Assembly: GCA_963730485.1 (NCBI GenBank)
Contig: CAVSRY010000028.1
Span: 8,932 to 72,931, forward strand
Source of the DNA: an uncultured Acidobacteriota bacterium
Lineage (GTDB): Bacteria; Acidobacteriota; Vicinamibacteria; Vicinamibacterales; SCN-69-37
DNA: 64,000 bases
Direction: 5' to 3'
Positions 11,376 through 23,209 of the stretch are shown piece after piece. Each line of letters starts with the position of its first letter. Position 1 is the stretch's first letter. The position numbers and the translations under genes were made by a program. Below the pieces are notes generated by a model, which had not been told where the DNA came from, searched no databases, and saw only the letters and a list, made by a program, of their open reading frames with translations.

Positions 11376-12105
11376 TCAACGGGCGGCGGTCTTGCTCGAC
11401 TCGTTAAAGGGCGCGCGCTTCTGCAGCACGTCTGAAAGGGCCCGCGCGGAAGCCGGCATGATCACGCCGGTCCCGGTGATGATTTGTCGCGCGCTGATCT
11501 TGCGTCCGTAGACCTCCTCGGTGGCGTCGTCGTCCGGGCGCAGCGACGTACCCTCGAGGGAGATGCCGGCGAACAGACCGCGTGAGCGTGAGTAGCTGAG
11601 GATCTCGGCGCGCATCGACGCGTCCGTTGACGCTCCGACTTGCCGTCCCTTTGGGCCGGCCGCCGCCGACGCTTCGGCTCCGAGTTTGACCTTGCTGCTG
11701 AGCAGCGCCTCGACACCGCGCGGGTTCATGACCATCAGCACGACGTCGGTGGCTTCCGCGCCGAGCTGAAGACCGAAGCTGCCGCCATCGATCGCGTACA
11801 TCGCCGGCGCGCCCCACGATCCGTTGAACGCCTTGCCGGACCGGCAGACCATCGCGCCGCGGCCGTAGCTGCCGCCGAGACCCAAGCGCGACCTTCGTCA
11901 TCGACGGAATCACGATAATGCACTCGGCCTTGTCCAGAATATCCTGTGGAACGTTGTCAGGGACGTCCAGGATTTCGTTCATCACCACGGCGGCCGTGGC
12001 CAGCCGCTCCTGTTCCTTGTTCTGATTCTTTTGTGTGCTCTGAGCGCTAATCGTCCCTGTGGCGAGACCGAGGCAGACTGCGAGACTGAGATAACGACGG
12101 AACAT
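11376..12105 (-). CDS. Lipid-binding SYLF/Ysc84 domain protein (frameshift near 11885)
   Basis: Signal peptide; GGSYGRG, GGSFGLQLG, AAAGPKGR, YSRSRGLFAGISLEG. Confidence 0.9.
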
Positions 12106-12253
12106 TCGGTGACCTCTCGAGAGTTGTCGACGACGGAAGGCGAGCCGGCCAGGTGGCCGATCGTTCGGTGATCGTAACGCTCGGTATCAACGCTGTCTGT
12201 CCTCTAGAGCACACGCTTGCTCGCGCGTCGCTCGTGTTCATAACGGCACCGGC

Positions 12254-13321
12254 CTAGCGTCTGGTCCACTCGGCGCCGTTCCACTCCCACGTGTCGCTGA
12301 ACACGTCCGTGCCGCCGCCCGGCCGCGGGCCGGCGCCGCCGTACATCATCGTGCGATCGCGCGCCGCGTCGTAGGCCATCGCATGGAGCCGGCGCGCGCC
12401 AGGGCTGACGTCGCTAGGACGAATCTCGGTCCAGCGCGTTCCATCCCAGGCCCACATATCGTCGAACACCTTCTCGCGGAAGTTTCCGCCGTGGAGAAGG
12501 AGCACGCCGGCTCGTTCATCGAACGCCATCGCGTGAAACGCGCGTGCCGGCGGTCCCTCTCGGCTCGCGAGCCGCCACGCGCGCCCGTTCCAGATCCATG
12601 TGTCGCCGAACACCGGTTGTTCCAGTGCGGGCCCGGGTGCTTCACCTTGCCCGCCGAACAACACAATCTCCTGACGCCGGCTGTCGTACGCCATGTTCGC
12701 GGCCGCGCGTCCCGGCGGGCCGTCGGTCGCGATCCGGGTCCATGTCGCGCCGTTCCACCCCCACGTGTCGGTCGGCCAGTCGAAGCCGGTGCCGTTCCGT
12801 AGTGCGCCGCCGAATCGGATCGTCTTGTTTCTGGCGGCGTCGTAGGCCATCTCAACGTGGACGTTGGGACCCGCGGACGCGTCTGAAGCCCGTCGCCACA
12901 TCGTCGAGTCCCACTCCCATGTCTCAACGCTCGGCGTCTCGCTCCGGCCAACTCGTCCGCCGTACGAAACGATGCGCTTGCGCGCTGCGTCGAAAACCGC
13001 TCGGCCCATCGTCCGTGACGCCGGTCCCGCCGCGTGTGTGCGGCGAGTCCATGCGCCGCCGTTCCATTGCCAGACTTCGGTTGCCGGTGGAGGCTCGACG
13101 GGCGAGACGGCGCGGATCCACGAGTAGCCGTCCAGCAGAACAACCGCCTTCGCGTTCGGGTCGTACACGAGGGAGTGACCAATCCGCGGCCCCGGGAGCG
13201 TCTGTGCACCCTCGATGGCCTCGACGACCGAGAACGCGGCGAACAGCGGAGCCCCGACGCAGATCATTAATCGCAGAATCGTCACGTCACCATAGGACCA
13301 TCCCTGGCCCGAGTTTCGCAA
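12254..13321 (-). CDS. Secreted Kelch-like beta-propeller protein (start uncertain)
   Basis: About six repeats of MAYDAAR...(F/Y)GG...DTW.W(N/D)G..W. Confidence 0.8.
   Translation of the reverse strand: MRNSGQGWSYGDVTILRLMICVGAPLFAAFSVVEAIEGAQTLPGPRIGHSLVYDPNAKAVVLLDGYSWIRAVSPVEPPPATEVWQWNGGAWTRRTHAAGPASRTMGRAVFDAARKRIVSYGGRVGRSETPSVETWEWDSTMWRRASDASAGPNVHVEMAYDAARNKTIRFGGALRNGTGFDWPTDTWGWNGATWTRIATDGPPGRAAANMAYDSRRQEIVLFGGQGEAPGPALEQPVFGDTWIWNGRAWRLASREGPPARAFHAMAFDERAGVLLLHGGNFREKVFDDMWAWDGTRWTEIRPSDVSPGARRLHAMAYDAARDRTMMYGGAGPRPGGGTDVFSDTWEWNGAEWTRR
13305..13320 (+). promoter_or_regulatory. Weak candidate sigma54 promoter
   Basis: TGGCCCGAGTTTCGCA (GG-N10-GC, non-consensus -12); the ATG at 13333 is 14 nt past the conserved C. 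Confidence 0.35.
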
Positions 13322-13332
13322 TGTGACGTGGC

Positions 13333-13563
13333 ATGGCCAAAAAGACCGTAAAGCAGGGGCGTGGGACGCGCGACGTTGTGGAGCCGAAGGCCGAGGCTCG
13401 GCAACCCAAGCGCGAGAAGAAGAACAAGATCCACGTGAGCTTGTTCGTTGACGGCCAGGACGTCACGTTGATCGACGAGTTCAATACTCCGGCCGAGGCG
13501 ATCGCCGCCTGTCGCGAGTTTCTCGACGCGCACAGTCCCCAGCGAGTCGTGACGGTCCGGTAA
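13333..13563 (+). CDS. Small hypothetical protein
   Basis: 76-aa ORF with a basic N-terminus and protein-like codon usage, filling the gap between minus-strand genes. Confidence 0.55.
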   Translation: MAKKTVKQGRGTRDVVEPKAEARQPKREKKNKIHVSLFVDGQDVTLIDEFNTPAEAIAACREFLDAHSPQRVVTVR

Positions 13564-13579
13564 GGAACCCGCCGTATTC

Positions 13580-13939
13580 TCACGGTTCGACGCGGCCCCG
13601 GCTCATCCCGACCGCCACGAGCAGCCACGCGAATGTCAGGCACGCGAGGCCCACGAACGTGGCTACCAGCGATTCCGATGCGCCGGCCGCCGCGCCGCGG
13701 TAGATGTCGCCGAAGGGTTCCGAACTGATCGCGATGCTCCGGAGGACGTTGAGGAGGCCAAGGACTCCGCCGTTGAGCGCCGCAAAGAGACCCGCCAGGG
13801 AGAGCGGACGCATGAGCGCGAGTCGCCGCTCCGTCGGACGCATCAGGTAGGCGACGGCCATAATGAGCGGGGCGAAGTCAATCGCCAGGGTGAGCTTTGC
13901 CATGAAGCCGGCTTGATGCCACATCTCAAACACGTCCAT
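13580..13939 (-). CDS. Small multi-pass membrane protein (MotA/TolQ/GldL-like topology)
   Basis: SD aggagg; MDVFEMWHQAGFMAK followed by three hydrophobic segments. Confidence 0.7.
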   Translation of the reverse strand: MDVFEMWHQAGFMAKLTLAIDFAPLIMAVAYLMRPTERRLALMRPLSLAGLFAALNGGVLGLLNVLRSIAISSEPFGDIYRGAAAGASESLVATFVGLACLTFAWLLVAVGMSRGRVEP

Positions 13940-13971
13940 TGGGACCTCCTTGCAACCGTTCGTCGAGGTAC

Positions 13972-14025
13972 AACGCGCGCCAGCGATGGACGTGACGGAT
14001 GTCACGTTTCGAGGTCTGGCGCGTT
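13972..14025. promoter_or_regulatory. Back-to-back ECF-type promoters GTCACG-N15-CGTT on both strands
   Basis: Plus strand: GTCACG 14001-14006 and CGTT 14022-14025. Minus strand: GTCACG 13996-13991 and CGTT 13975-13972. Confidence 0.7.
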
Positions 14026-14034
14026 ACTAGCGAT

Positions 14035-14622
14035 ATGGACCGGGAGACCGAGCTCTCGCTTGTGAGGAGGCTCCGCGAGGGAGACCCCGGCGCGTTCGAT
14101 GCCATCTACGGGGCATTCCAGGCGCGGCTCTTCACGTTTCTGCTGCGGCTGTCCCGGCGCCGCGACGTGGCCGAAGATCTTCTCGAGGAGACATGGCTGC
14201 GTCTCGTGACGCACGCGTCGCGACTTCGGCCAGACACGCGAATCGCGCCGTGGCTCTTCACGGTCGCCAGGCACCTCTACGTGAGCTATGTGCGGTCGCG
14301 CGTCCTCGAGGACGCGGCCACTGTGAGCTTGATCGCGCTGTGGCCTTTCAGTGTGGATCGGCCATCGCCGTTCGAGGCCGCTGCGGCGAACGAGCTCGAG
14401 CGCCGGATCGAGCGAGCGCTGGCGTCCATGCCGGCCACATCGCGCGAGGTGCTGCTGCTCGTCGCGGTCGCGGGCCTCGACCATTCAGATGCGGCGGATG
14501 TCTGCGGGATCACGCCCGAGGCGCTCCGTCAGCGGCTGAGCCGGGCGCGGGCATTGCTCGCGCGGGCGCTCGACGAAGCCGCCGGCTCGACGACCCAGGT
14601 ATTGAACGAGGTGACGTCATGA
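14035..14622 (+). CDS. ECF RNA polymerase sigma factor
   Basis: Region 2 AEDLLEETWLR...WLFTVAR; region 4 REVLLL...AADVCGITPEALRQRLSRAR. Confidence 0.92.
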   Translation: MDRETELSLVRRLREGDPGAFDAIYGAFQARLFTFLLRLSRRRDVAEDLLEETWLRLVTHASRLRPDTRIAPWLFTVARHLYVSYVRSRVLEDAATVSLIALWPFSVDRPSPFEAAAANELERRIERALASMPATSREVLLLVAVAGLDHSDAADVCGITPEALRQRLSRARALLARALDEAAGSTTQVLNEVTS

Positions 14623-14848
14623 ACGATCCGATGCTTGGCATGCTCAGCGAGCTTCCGCATGCCGAACCCGACCGCGTTCGAGCCGATCGCGTCCGCGCGC
14701 GGTGCCACGATGCGCTTGCCGCGAGCGGCGCCGGCAAGCCGCGCGCCGAACGCCGGTCCGCTTATGGGAGCCGATCGTCGTTGGTCTCGGAAGCGTCTAC
14801 CTCACCGAGAGCATTCGCGAGGCGCTGTACATGTCTGGCGTGCTGTGA
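14619..14848 (+). CDS. Small single-TM protein, putative anti-sigma factor (frameshifted)
   Basis: ATGA overlap with the ECF gene; MNDPMLGMLSELP...; C-terminal LWEPIVVGLGSVYLTESIREALYMSGVL in another frame. Confidence 0.55.
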
Positions 14849-14857
14849 TCCGAACGC

Positions 14858-16103
14858 CTACGCCGACGGTGTGACGTTCCCGACGCCGGACCGTGCGGGT
14901 CGCACCACATGGGCTGTCGTTTCCAGTAGGTCAGCGATCGCCACAGCCACTCGACCGGGCCGAAGCGATATCGCGCGAGCCACACGGGGCTGATGAGAAG
15001 CTGAGCGATCCAGAACACCACGACGAAGAGAAGCTGCTCCGCGTAGTCGAGCCGCCCGGCAAATCCAAGCCCCATCCGAGGAACACGATCGACGCGACGA
15101 CGCTGTGGAGCAGGTAGTTCGACAGGGCCATCTGGCCGACCGCCCCAATCTGCGGCGAAGACCGCGAACGACATCCGCTCACGGCCAGGATAATCAACGA
15201 GGGGTAGCCGACCGACGCGAGGATCGCTCCCGCGTAATTCCACAGATCGACGCGGATGCGCTGCGGCATGTCGTAGCGGATTCGATCGAGCTCCATGGCG
15301 CCGTGCCATGAGAGCGCAAGCCCAACCAGAATGCCGATTCGCCCGTGATCGCGACATCGCCGCGGGGCGGCGTCCCTGGAGGAAGCCCCCCTGGTCCAGC
15401 GCCATGCCGAGCAGCATCATCCCGCTGCAGCGCCAGAAGAAGATGTCGCGAACACAAAGCTCTGGACAAGAAACACGATCGGCGCCCGGTGACGGACGAC
15501 CTCGGCGTGGCTTCCCAGGAGGCTGTCGAGCTGTTCCTTCGTTTGCGCGTCGGTGGGCATGAGTTCGCCATCTCCTGCATGCGGTCGACCTCGCTGGTCG
15601 GTCCCAGGCGATGAAGTCTCCGACTCGAGTACCGCGCCAATGAACAGCACGACACACGAGGCGCCCAGGAGGACCGGTGCGGAGAACCGCCGCATCCACC
15701 AGAGGAGCAGGATGCCGCAGAGCGCGTACGGCACCAGGATGTCGCCGTCCCAGATGAAGTAGGCGTGCACGAGGCCGATGACCAGCAGCCAGAACATCCG
15801 CCGAAACCAGAGCGACCGCAGCCAAGCGTCCGACCCGCAGACTTGGCCGCGTAGAGCAGGACGCTCGCGCCAAAGAGCATGGAGAACAACCCCATCATCT
15901 TCAGGTCGAAGGCGGTGTTGGTGAAGAGATACGCCGTGCGATTCGCGCCGGCGTATCGAACATCGCCAGCGGGTACATGTAGGCACCGAACGGCCCGGCC
16001 ATCACCCGGATGTTCATGGCGAGAATGCAGGAGCGCGAATCCGCGGAGCACGTCCAATGTCTCGGATCGCTGCGCCAATGGGACAGGGCGCTGCCTGGAG
16101 CAT
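14858..16103 (-). CDS. DUF418 (YeiB-like) membrane protein (multiple frameshifts)
   Basis: LDVLRGFAL, LFSMLFG, IWDGDILVPYA, GQMALSNYL, FGPVEWLWRSLTY. Confidence 0.88.
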
Positions 16104-16147
16104 GGCTGGTATTAAGCTCAATGGGCGCAGTCGGCGGATCATAGCCC

Positions 16148-17615
16148 TTACGCCCGTGTCACCGGCCGCCATCGCCGCTCGAGGTACTCGGCCACGCGCG
16201 TCAGCGGAAACGTGAGCGCGAGGTAGAGCAGCGCCACCAGCGGCCAGATCGTCAGCGGCGCGGCGTAACGGCTGGCGAGCTCCTGCCCGGTGCGCGCCAG
16301 CTCGGTCAGCCCGATCACCGAGACGAGCGACGAGTCCTTCAGCAGCGCGATCCTCGTTGGTCAGCGGCGGGACGACGCGGCGGAACGTCTGCGGCAGGAT
16401 GATGCGGCGCATGGCCTGCCAGTAGCTCATGCCGAGCGAGCGCGCCGCCTCCATCTGGCCGGCGTCGATCGAGTCGATGCCGGCGCGGATGACCTCGGCG
16501 ATGTACGCGGCGGCGTTCAGCGTCAGCGCCAGGATGCCGCTGGTATAGGCCGGCAGGTTGACGCCGACGCTCGGCAGGACGAAGTAGACGAACAGAATCT
16601 GCACGAGGAGCGGCGTGCCGCGCATGACTTCGACGTAGATCGCGGCGGGCGCCGAGATGAATCGCTTCGCCTGCACGCGCGCCAGCGCCAGGCACAGGCC
16701 GAGCGGCAGGCCCAAGCGGGAGGCTCGACACGGCCATCACGCGGTCATCCAGACGCCGCGGAGGAAGAACGACCAGGTGCGCGCGATGATGGCCGGGATC
16801 GAAGGCGCGCGGCGCGGCAGACGCCAGCCCGGCTCGGCGCTCTCGCCAAACCACTTGGTGTAGATCTTCGCGTATTCGCCGCTGTCCTGCAGGCGCCACA
16901 GCGCGGCATTCACCGCGCGTCGCAGGTCGTCGCTCGCGCGCGCCAGCACGACGCCGAACTGCTCGTCCGTGTACTCGCGCCGGCGGTCTTCAGCCCGGGG
17001 AAGCTCATGCGGATCATGTAGCGCAGCACCGGGCCGTCGCTGGCCACGGCGTCGATGCGGCCGTTCTGCAGATCCAGCAGCGCGAGATCGATCGTGTTGT
17101 ATTTCGCGAGCATCACGCCGGGCCGCTTTTCCATGACGAACTGCGCGGTGGTGTTGATCTGCACGCCGACCGTTCGGCCGGAGAGGTCGTCGGGCCCGGT
17201 GATGGCGCTGTCGCTCGCGCACCACGAACTGCTGGCCGGCGGCAATGTACGGATCCGAGAACAGCATCGTCGCGCTGCGCTCGGGCGTGATGGTCACGGC
17301 CGAGATGACGACGTCGAAGCTGCCGTTCTGCAGAGCAGGAAAGACGCCGTCGAAGCTCGCGTTGACGAGCTCGGCTTCGACCCGAGCTCGCGGGCAATCG
17401 CGCGGGCGATGTCGACGTCGAAACCGCTGAACTCGCCGCCTTCGGCGATGCCAAACGGCGGATACGTGGCGTCGATTCCGACCTTCAGGCGCCGTTGGCG
17501 CGGACGCGCTCGAGCGCCGACTGTGCGCGAGCGGCTCGACGACGCAGCAGCGGCCGAGGACGCCGGCGAGCACGAGCGCCGCATCAGAGTGCCCGTGCCG
17601 CAGCAGACGCGGCAT
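16148..17615 (-). CDS. Polar amino-acid ABC transporter, fused substrate-binding and permease domains (frameshifted)
   Basis: [12 protein letters not shown]...GFDVDIA (SBP family 3), then RGTPLLVQI and [11 protein letters not shown]...[10 protein letters not shown] (EAA loop). Confidence 0.88.
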
Positions 17616-18375
17616 CAGAGGTCCGTCGTGAGAAGCCGTCCATGAACGCGCGCGTCTCGGGCTGCTTCGGATGGCCGAACACCTCGCTCGCCGTCCCGGC
17701 TTCCACCGCGCGTCCGCCTTCGAAGTAGATGACCTGATCGGAGATCGCGCGCGCAAAGTCCATGTCGTGCGACACGACAACGAGCGTCTTCTTGAGGTCG
17801 TCGAGCGTTCGCAGCAGCGCCGCGACTTCGCGTACGAGCCGCGGATCGAGCGCCGAGGTCGGCTCGTCGAAGAGCACGACGTCGGGCTCCATCGCCAGCG
17901 CCCGGGCAATGGCCACGCGCTGCTGCTGTCCGCCGGAGAGGCGCGCCGGGTATTCGTGTCTCCTTGCCCGACAGTCCGACGAGATTCAGGTAGAGCCGGC
18001 CGATTTCCTCGGCCTGGGACCGCGCATCTTCTTGACCGTCATCGGCGCTTCGATCACGTTCTCGAGCGCGGTGAGATGCGGGAACAGGTTGAAGCTCTGA
18101 AAGACCAGGCCGACGCGCAGCCGCACGCGGTTGACGAGCTCGTCCTCCTCGGCGGCCGCAGCTTGCGGCCGTGGTGCCGCGCACCTCGACATCCCCGATC
18201 CTGATGTGTCCCTCGTCAAACCGCTCGAGCCGGTTCAGACAGCGGAGCATCGTGGATTTGCCGCAGCCCGAGGGCCCGAGAATCGTGGTGAGCTGTGCCT
18301 CGGCGATGCGGAACGTGGCTCGGTTCAGCACGGGGTCGGGCCGTAGCGCTTGACGACGTTGGAGACTTCGATCAC
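17615..18375 (-). CDS. Polar amino-acid ABC transporter ATP-binding subunit (frameshifted)
   Basis: [52 protein letters not shown]. Confidence 0.92.
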
Positions 18376-21035
18376 GGCGTGCCGTGCCAGTTGCGAATCA
18401 CGGCGATCGTCGAGCCAGAGCCGTTGCTCGGAGGCGCGTTCATCAGGAATCGCAGGCCATCCTCGGACACGACGTATCCAGCACGCGGCCCCTGCGTGGC
18501 GAATGTGAACGGCGTCGGGAACAGGGGTGTCGGCTTGCCGGCGTGAATCGTCCCGGGCGAGGCGACGTTCAGCGTGACGGCATTCATGGAGCCGTTCTGA
18601 TCGATGAAGAAATCTCCCCGCCTGTGCGGCTCCATCGCAGCTGGTTGCCGCCCGCCGTCGAAATCAGCACGCGTGGGCCAGGTCCCGGGTACGGCTGCAC
18701 ATAGACTTCGGTCTGGCTCGTTTCATTCGAGCTGTAGGCCAGCCATTTTCCGTCGGGAGAGAATTGCCCTTCGCGCTCGACTGCCCGCGTTTGCACGACC
18801 GGGTGAGGATCTGCGATACCCCGATGAGCGACAAGGCGAAGACGTCGGTCGCCGTCGCGCTCGACCCGGCGTCGTACAGAAGCACGCGGCCGTCGCGGGA
18901 GATATCCGTCGGATTCTTTCCCTCAGGCGACTGCAGGATCACCTGTTCAGGTTCGGACCCGTCGACGGACCGCTTCACGAGATGCGAGCCAGTACCCTCC
19001 GCGCGAGGACTGGAACACCACGTACCGTCCGTCGGGCGTCCACACCGGCGTGAAGTCGAGGTCCGGGATCCGACGTCACACGCGTGAGCAGGCCACCGCG
19101 CTCGAACTGCCGCTGATCCAGATGTCCCACATGCCGCCCAGCACACGATTCAACGCGATCGCCTTGCCGTCGGGGCGCAGGCTGGGATGGCCGCCGGCAC
19201 TGTTGGGGCCAGCAGAGGCGAGCCGCCTGCCGCTTCGATCGAACCAGGCGAACTGCCAATACTGCTCGGCAGACACTCCGTAGGCGACGGTGCCAGTCGG
19301 TGACGCCGAAAGCGTCGCAAGACTGACGCCACGATTTTGCGCGATCGATTCGGCGAGCGGGATCGCCGGACCGCTCACGTCGAGTCGATCGAGGTCGAAC
19401 GGCTGCGCGAACAGCGTCGTCTCGCGGACAAACCAGGAGATGACCTGGCGCGGTGTACACGGCCGGCGCGTCCGCATCGATCACGCGCTTGACTGTCGTG
19501 CCGTCTCGTCGAGCGACGAACACCCCCGGGTCTCAGCCATACCGCGCGCGTAGTAGATGAAATGCTGTTCACCGGGCAGCAATTGTGGCGCCCGATGATC
19601 GTTCTGGCCTTCAGCCAGCGTGGTTAGCGGCTTCGGCGTGCCGCCGTCCGCCGATACCTGCAGCAGTGGGCCACGAACAGTCGGCGCGAACAGGATCGTG
19701 CCGTCGCCCGCCCACGCCGCGGCCCGTCCGACCGGGGCATCAGCCAGCGACTTCGTGACCCCCGACTGAAGATCCAGCCGCCAGAGTCTGCGATTGGCGA
19801 AGAAGCCAATCGATCCGCCGTCCGGAGACCAGAAGGGCACAGGGAACGCGCCGGGCGGTTCCGGGCAGTACCTGTCCCTTGATCGAGTCGATCGGACGCA
19901 GCCACAGCTCAGACCCCGGGCCCGCTTGTTCGAACATCGGCGCGACCAGGATTTGACGGCCATCAGGCGAGACGGCGATCGAGGCATATGGGGAAATCGG
20001 CACGCCGCCGCTCATTTCGAAGCGAACTTCTTCGGCCGCTGGCTGGGATCGCGAGGTCATGACGCCGAACGCAAAGGCGGCCGCCGAGATGACGACCACG
20101 GTGCCGGCCAGCGCCCACCAGGGCAGCCGTCGGCGCTCGATGACAGGCGCCGCCGACTCGGCCGGCGTCATCGCGTCCGAGAGGTCCAGTCGCAGATTGC
20201 CGGCGTGCTGGACGCGCTCTTGTGCGTCCTTCTGAAGGCAGCGCCGAAGTAACCGGCGGACGAGCGGCGGCGTGACCGCCGGCAACGCGCTCCAGTCGGG
20301 ATCCTTGTGGACGATGGCTGCGACAAGGTCCGCCGACGTCGCACCGGGAAACGTCCGATGCCCAGTCAGCATCTCGTACAGCACCACCAAACGCCCAGAT
20401 GTCCGTACGTTCGTCGACGTCGTGGCCGCGAGCCTGTTCCGGGCTCATGTAGGCCGGGGTTCCCAGGATCATCCCGGTTGGTGTCCATCAGCGCGGTCAC
20501 TGTTTCGGCGTGCGACTCTTCAAGACTGTTGCGTCCTGTTCCAGGGCCGTTGCCAGACCAAAGTCCAGAACCTTTACGGCCGCCTGGGGCCCGAGGTGTA
20601 CGTTCGCGGGCTTGAGATCGCGATGGATGATCTTCCGAAGGTGCGCGGCCTCGAGCGCCTGGGCGATCTGTCGCGCGATCTTGAGCGCTTGATCGATCGG
20701 CATCGGGCCTCGTGCCAACCGGTCGGCCAGCGTTTCGCCCTCGACAAGCTCGAGCACGAGTCCGTACGAACCGTCTGGAGAACCTTCAGGCGCATCCGCG
20801 ACACCGTAGATGGCCGCAATGTTGGGATGGCTGAGCGAGGCGAGGATGCGTGCTTCGCGTTCGAAGCGAGCCACGCGGTCGCGGTCGCGTGTGAATGCCT
20901 CCGGCAGGACCTTGATGGCGACTTCGCGACCGAGACGAGTGTCGCGTGCGCGATACACCTCGCCCATGCCGCCTTTGCCGAGTAGCGCGGTGATCTCGAG
21001 ATGGTGCCGATCCGCGACCCAGGAACCAGGGACAT
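18372..21035 (-). CDS. Eukaryotic-like Ser/Thr kinase with TM and C-terminal TolB/PD40-type beta-propeller (frameshifted)
   Basis: [36 protein letters not shown]; WSPDG/FSPDG repeats. Confidence 0.92.
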
Positions 21036-21149
21036 TCCGACTCAGGATTATAGGCGGCGTGGTTCGCCCCGCCGGCGAGGGTGAAGACGTCCGGTCGGCC
21101 TGGTCAATGGCGCTAGACTTAGGCCGCTTCCTCCCAAAGAGCGTCAACC

Positions 21150-21985
21150 ATGCCGAATCGTCGAGAGTTCCTGAAGGGCCTGCCAACCGTGATGAGTGTT
21201 GCGGCCCTACATCAGGCGCGATCGATCGCCGGCACTCTCGCAGGCGAAGAACGAACGATTGAAGGCATCCGTTTGTGCTGGTGCCCGCCGGGTCGATTCG
21301 TCATGGGGAGTCCGCTCACCGAGGCGGAACATCGGCCGGACGAAACGCAGGTCGACGTCACGCTCACCAGGGGTTTCTGGACGGCCAAGTTCGAAGTTAC
21401 GCAGGGGCAGTGGCGACGGTTCGTCGGTGATTTTCCGGAACGACCGCCAACCGACCAGTTCGGGAAGGGCGACGACGTGCCGCTGTATTGGGTGAACTAC
21501 CCGTCAGCCGAACGGTTCTGCGCGCGCGCCACTGAGGCGGCGAAGCGCTCGGGATCGGTTCCTGAGGGCTGGGCATTTCGTCTTCCGACTGAAGCTCAGT
21601 GGGAATACGCGTGCCGTGCAGGCACGACGACCGCGACGGCGTTCGGCAGCCGACTCGACCCCAAAGTCGCCAATTTGGAAAGAACGTGGGCCGGTCCGTT
21701 CCCGCCGGGACCTATCCAGCCAATGCGTGGAATATCCACGACATGCACGGCAACGTCTGGGAATGGTGCCGGGACTGGTATCACGCGCAGTTGCCCGGCG
21801 GCGTCGATCCCGATCTGTCAGACGTGAGAGGCGTGCCGAATCGTGACGGCACCTACTCGCACGTCCGCCGCGGCGGCGCCTGGATCGAAGAGGCATGGGC
21901 GTGCCGCTCCGGCGTGCGGCTCCGTTACGAGCCGGACCGCGTGTCGGACCACATTGGATTCCGCGTCGTGTTGGCGCAGATTTAG
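21150..21985 (+). CDS. Tat-exported FGE-sulfatase (SUMF1-fold) protein (frameshift near 21685)
   Basis: NRREFLK; RLPTEAQWEYACRAG; DMHGNVWEWC; RGGAW; IGFRVV. Confidence 0.88.
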
Positions 21986-21994
21986 ACGAGGCTC

Positions 21995-23209
21995 ATGATC
22001 AGCCGACGATCATTTCTCGGCCTCGCCGCCGGCGCCGCGGCCGGAACATTCGTCGGGCCTCCCGGGAACGCTGACGCGCAGCCTCGGCTGCGGGTCACCG
22101 GCTTCGAGCTTCTGCCCGTGCGCGCCACCGATCGAACGGTCTGGCTGTTGGTGCGGTTGCGAACGGACCGGGGCTTGACCGGCCTCGGGGAAGCCTCCGA
22201 CGCGTTCGGATTCGCCAACACGACCAAGCAGGATGCCGCGCGCATGGAAGCGGAGCTCGGCGCGTTCTTCCGCCTCGTCGAGGGAAAGTCACCGCTCGAC
22301 ATCGGGCGGTACCGCGATCAGGGTGAGCCTGCGGCGAGGAAGGGTGGCCTGATCTCGGCGACGGCGTACAGCGCGATCGAACAAGCGTTGTGGGATCTCG
22401 CCGGAAAGACGCTCGACGTCCCGACGTGCACGCTCTTCGGCGGACCGATTCGGACACGCTGCCGATGTACGCGAACGTGAATCGCGCGACCAGGCCGCGC
22501 ACGCCGGCGGGCTTCCGCGGCCGCGAAGGCCGCGGTTCGCGACGGCTTTCGGGCGGTCAAGGCGGCGCCATTTGACGGTTTCCCGCCGCCCGGTTCGCCC
22601 GCGTCTGCCGTCGATGCGGCCGTCGAAGGCGGTATCGGAGCGATCGCGGCCATGCGCGAGCAATCGGTCCGGACGTCGAGTTGATGGTCGATTGCCACAG
22701 CTTCTTCGAGTCGCCGCTGGCCGTCCGCGTCGCGAGCGCTGGAGCCGCCCGGCTGGCCTGGTACGAGAGCCCGTCCCGCCAGAGCGAGTCGAAGAGACGC
22801 GCCGACATCCGGCGCCGGATCCAACAGCCGATGGCCGGCGGCGAGATGCTCTACGGCGTGGCCGGATTCGCGCCGCTCAGCCGCAACCGGGCCGTCGACG
22901 TGATCATGCCGGACGTCAAGCACTGTGGCGGACTGCTCGAGCTGACGCGCATCGCCGCCGTCGCCGAAACCGACGGCGTGACCGTCGCGCCGCACAATCC
23001 GAGTGGCCCGTCTCGACAGCCGCGAGTGTGCAGGTCTCGCCGTGCTGAAGAATTTCCGGCTGCTCGAGCTCCAGTGGGGCGAAGTCGAGTGGCGTCAGGA
23101 CGTCCTGAATCCGCCCGAGCGTTTTGTGAACGGCGCGATTCGCGTACCCGACAGCCCAGGTTTCGGCGTGGAGCTCGACGACCAGATCGTTCGGGCCCAC
23201 CTGCTGTAG
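21995..23209 (+). CDS. Mandelate racemase/muconate lactonizing (galactonate dehydratase-like) enzyme with Tat signal (frameshifted)
   Basis: SRRSFLG; GLTGLGE; SAIEQALWDLAGK; GFRAVKAAPF; MVDCH; PDVKHCGG; APHNP; PGFGVELD. Confidence 0.88.

Noticed and set aside
12207-12221. GAGCACACGCTTGCT as a sigma54 site
   Set aside because: It lacks the invariant GG and points into the 3' end of an opposite-strand gene.
21150-21985. FGE-fold protein as a diversity-generating retroelement target
   Set aside because: No reverse transcriptase and no template-repeat copy of its 3' end were seen in the window.
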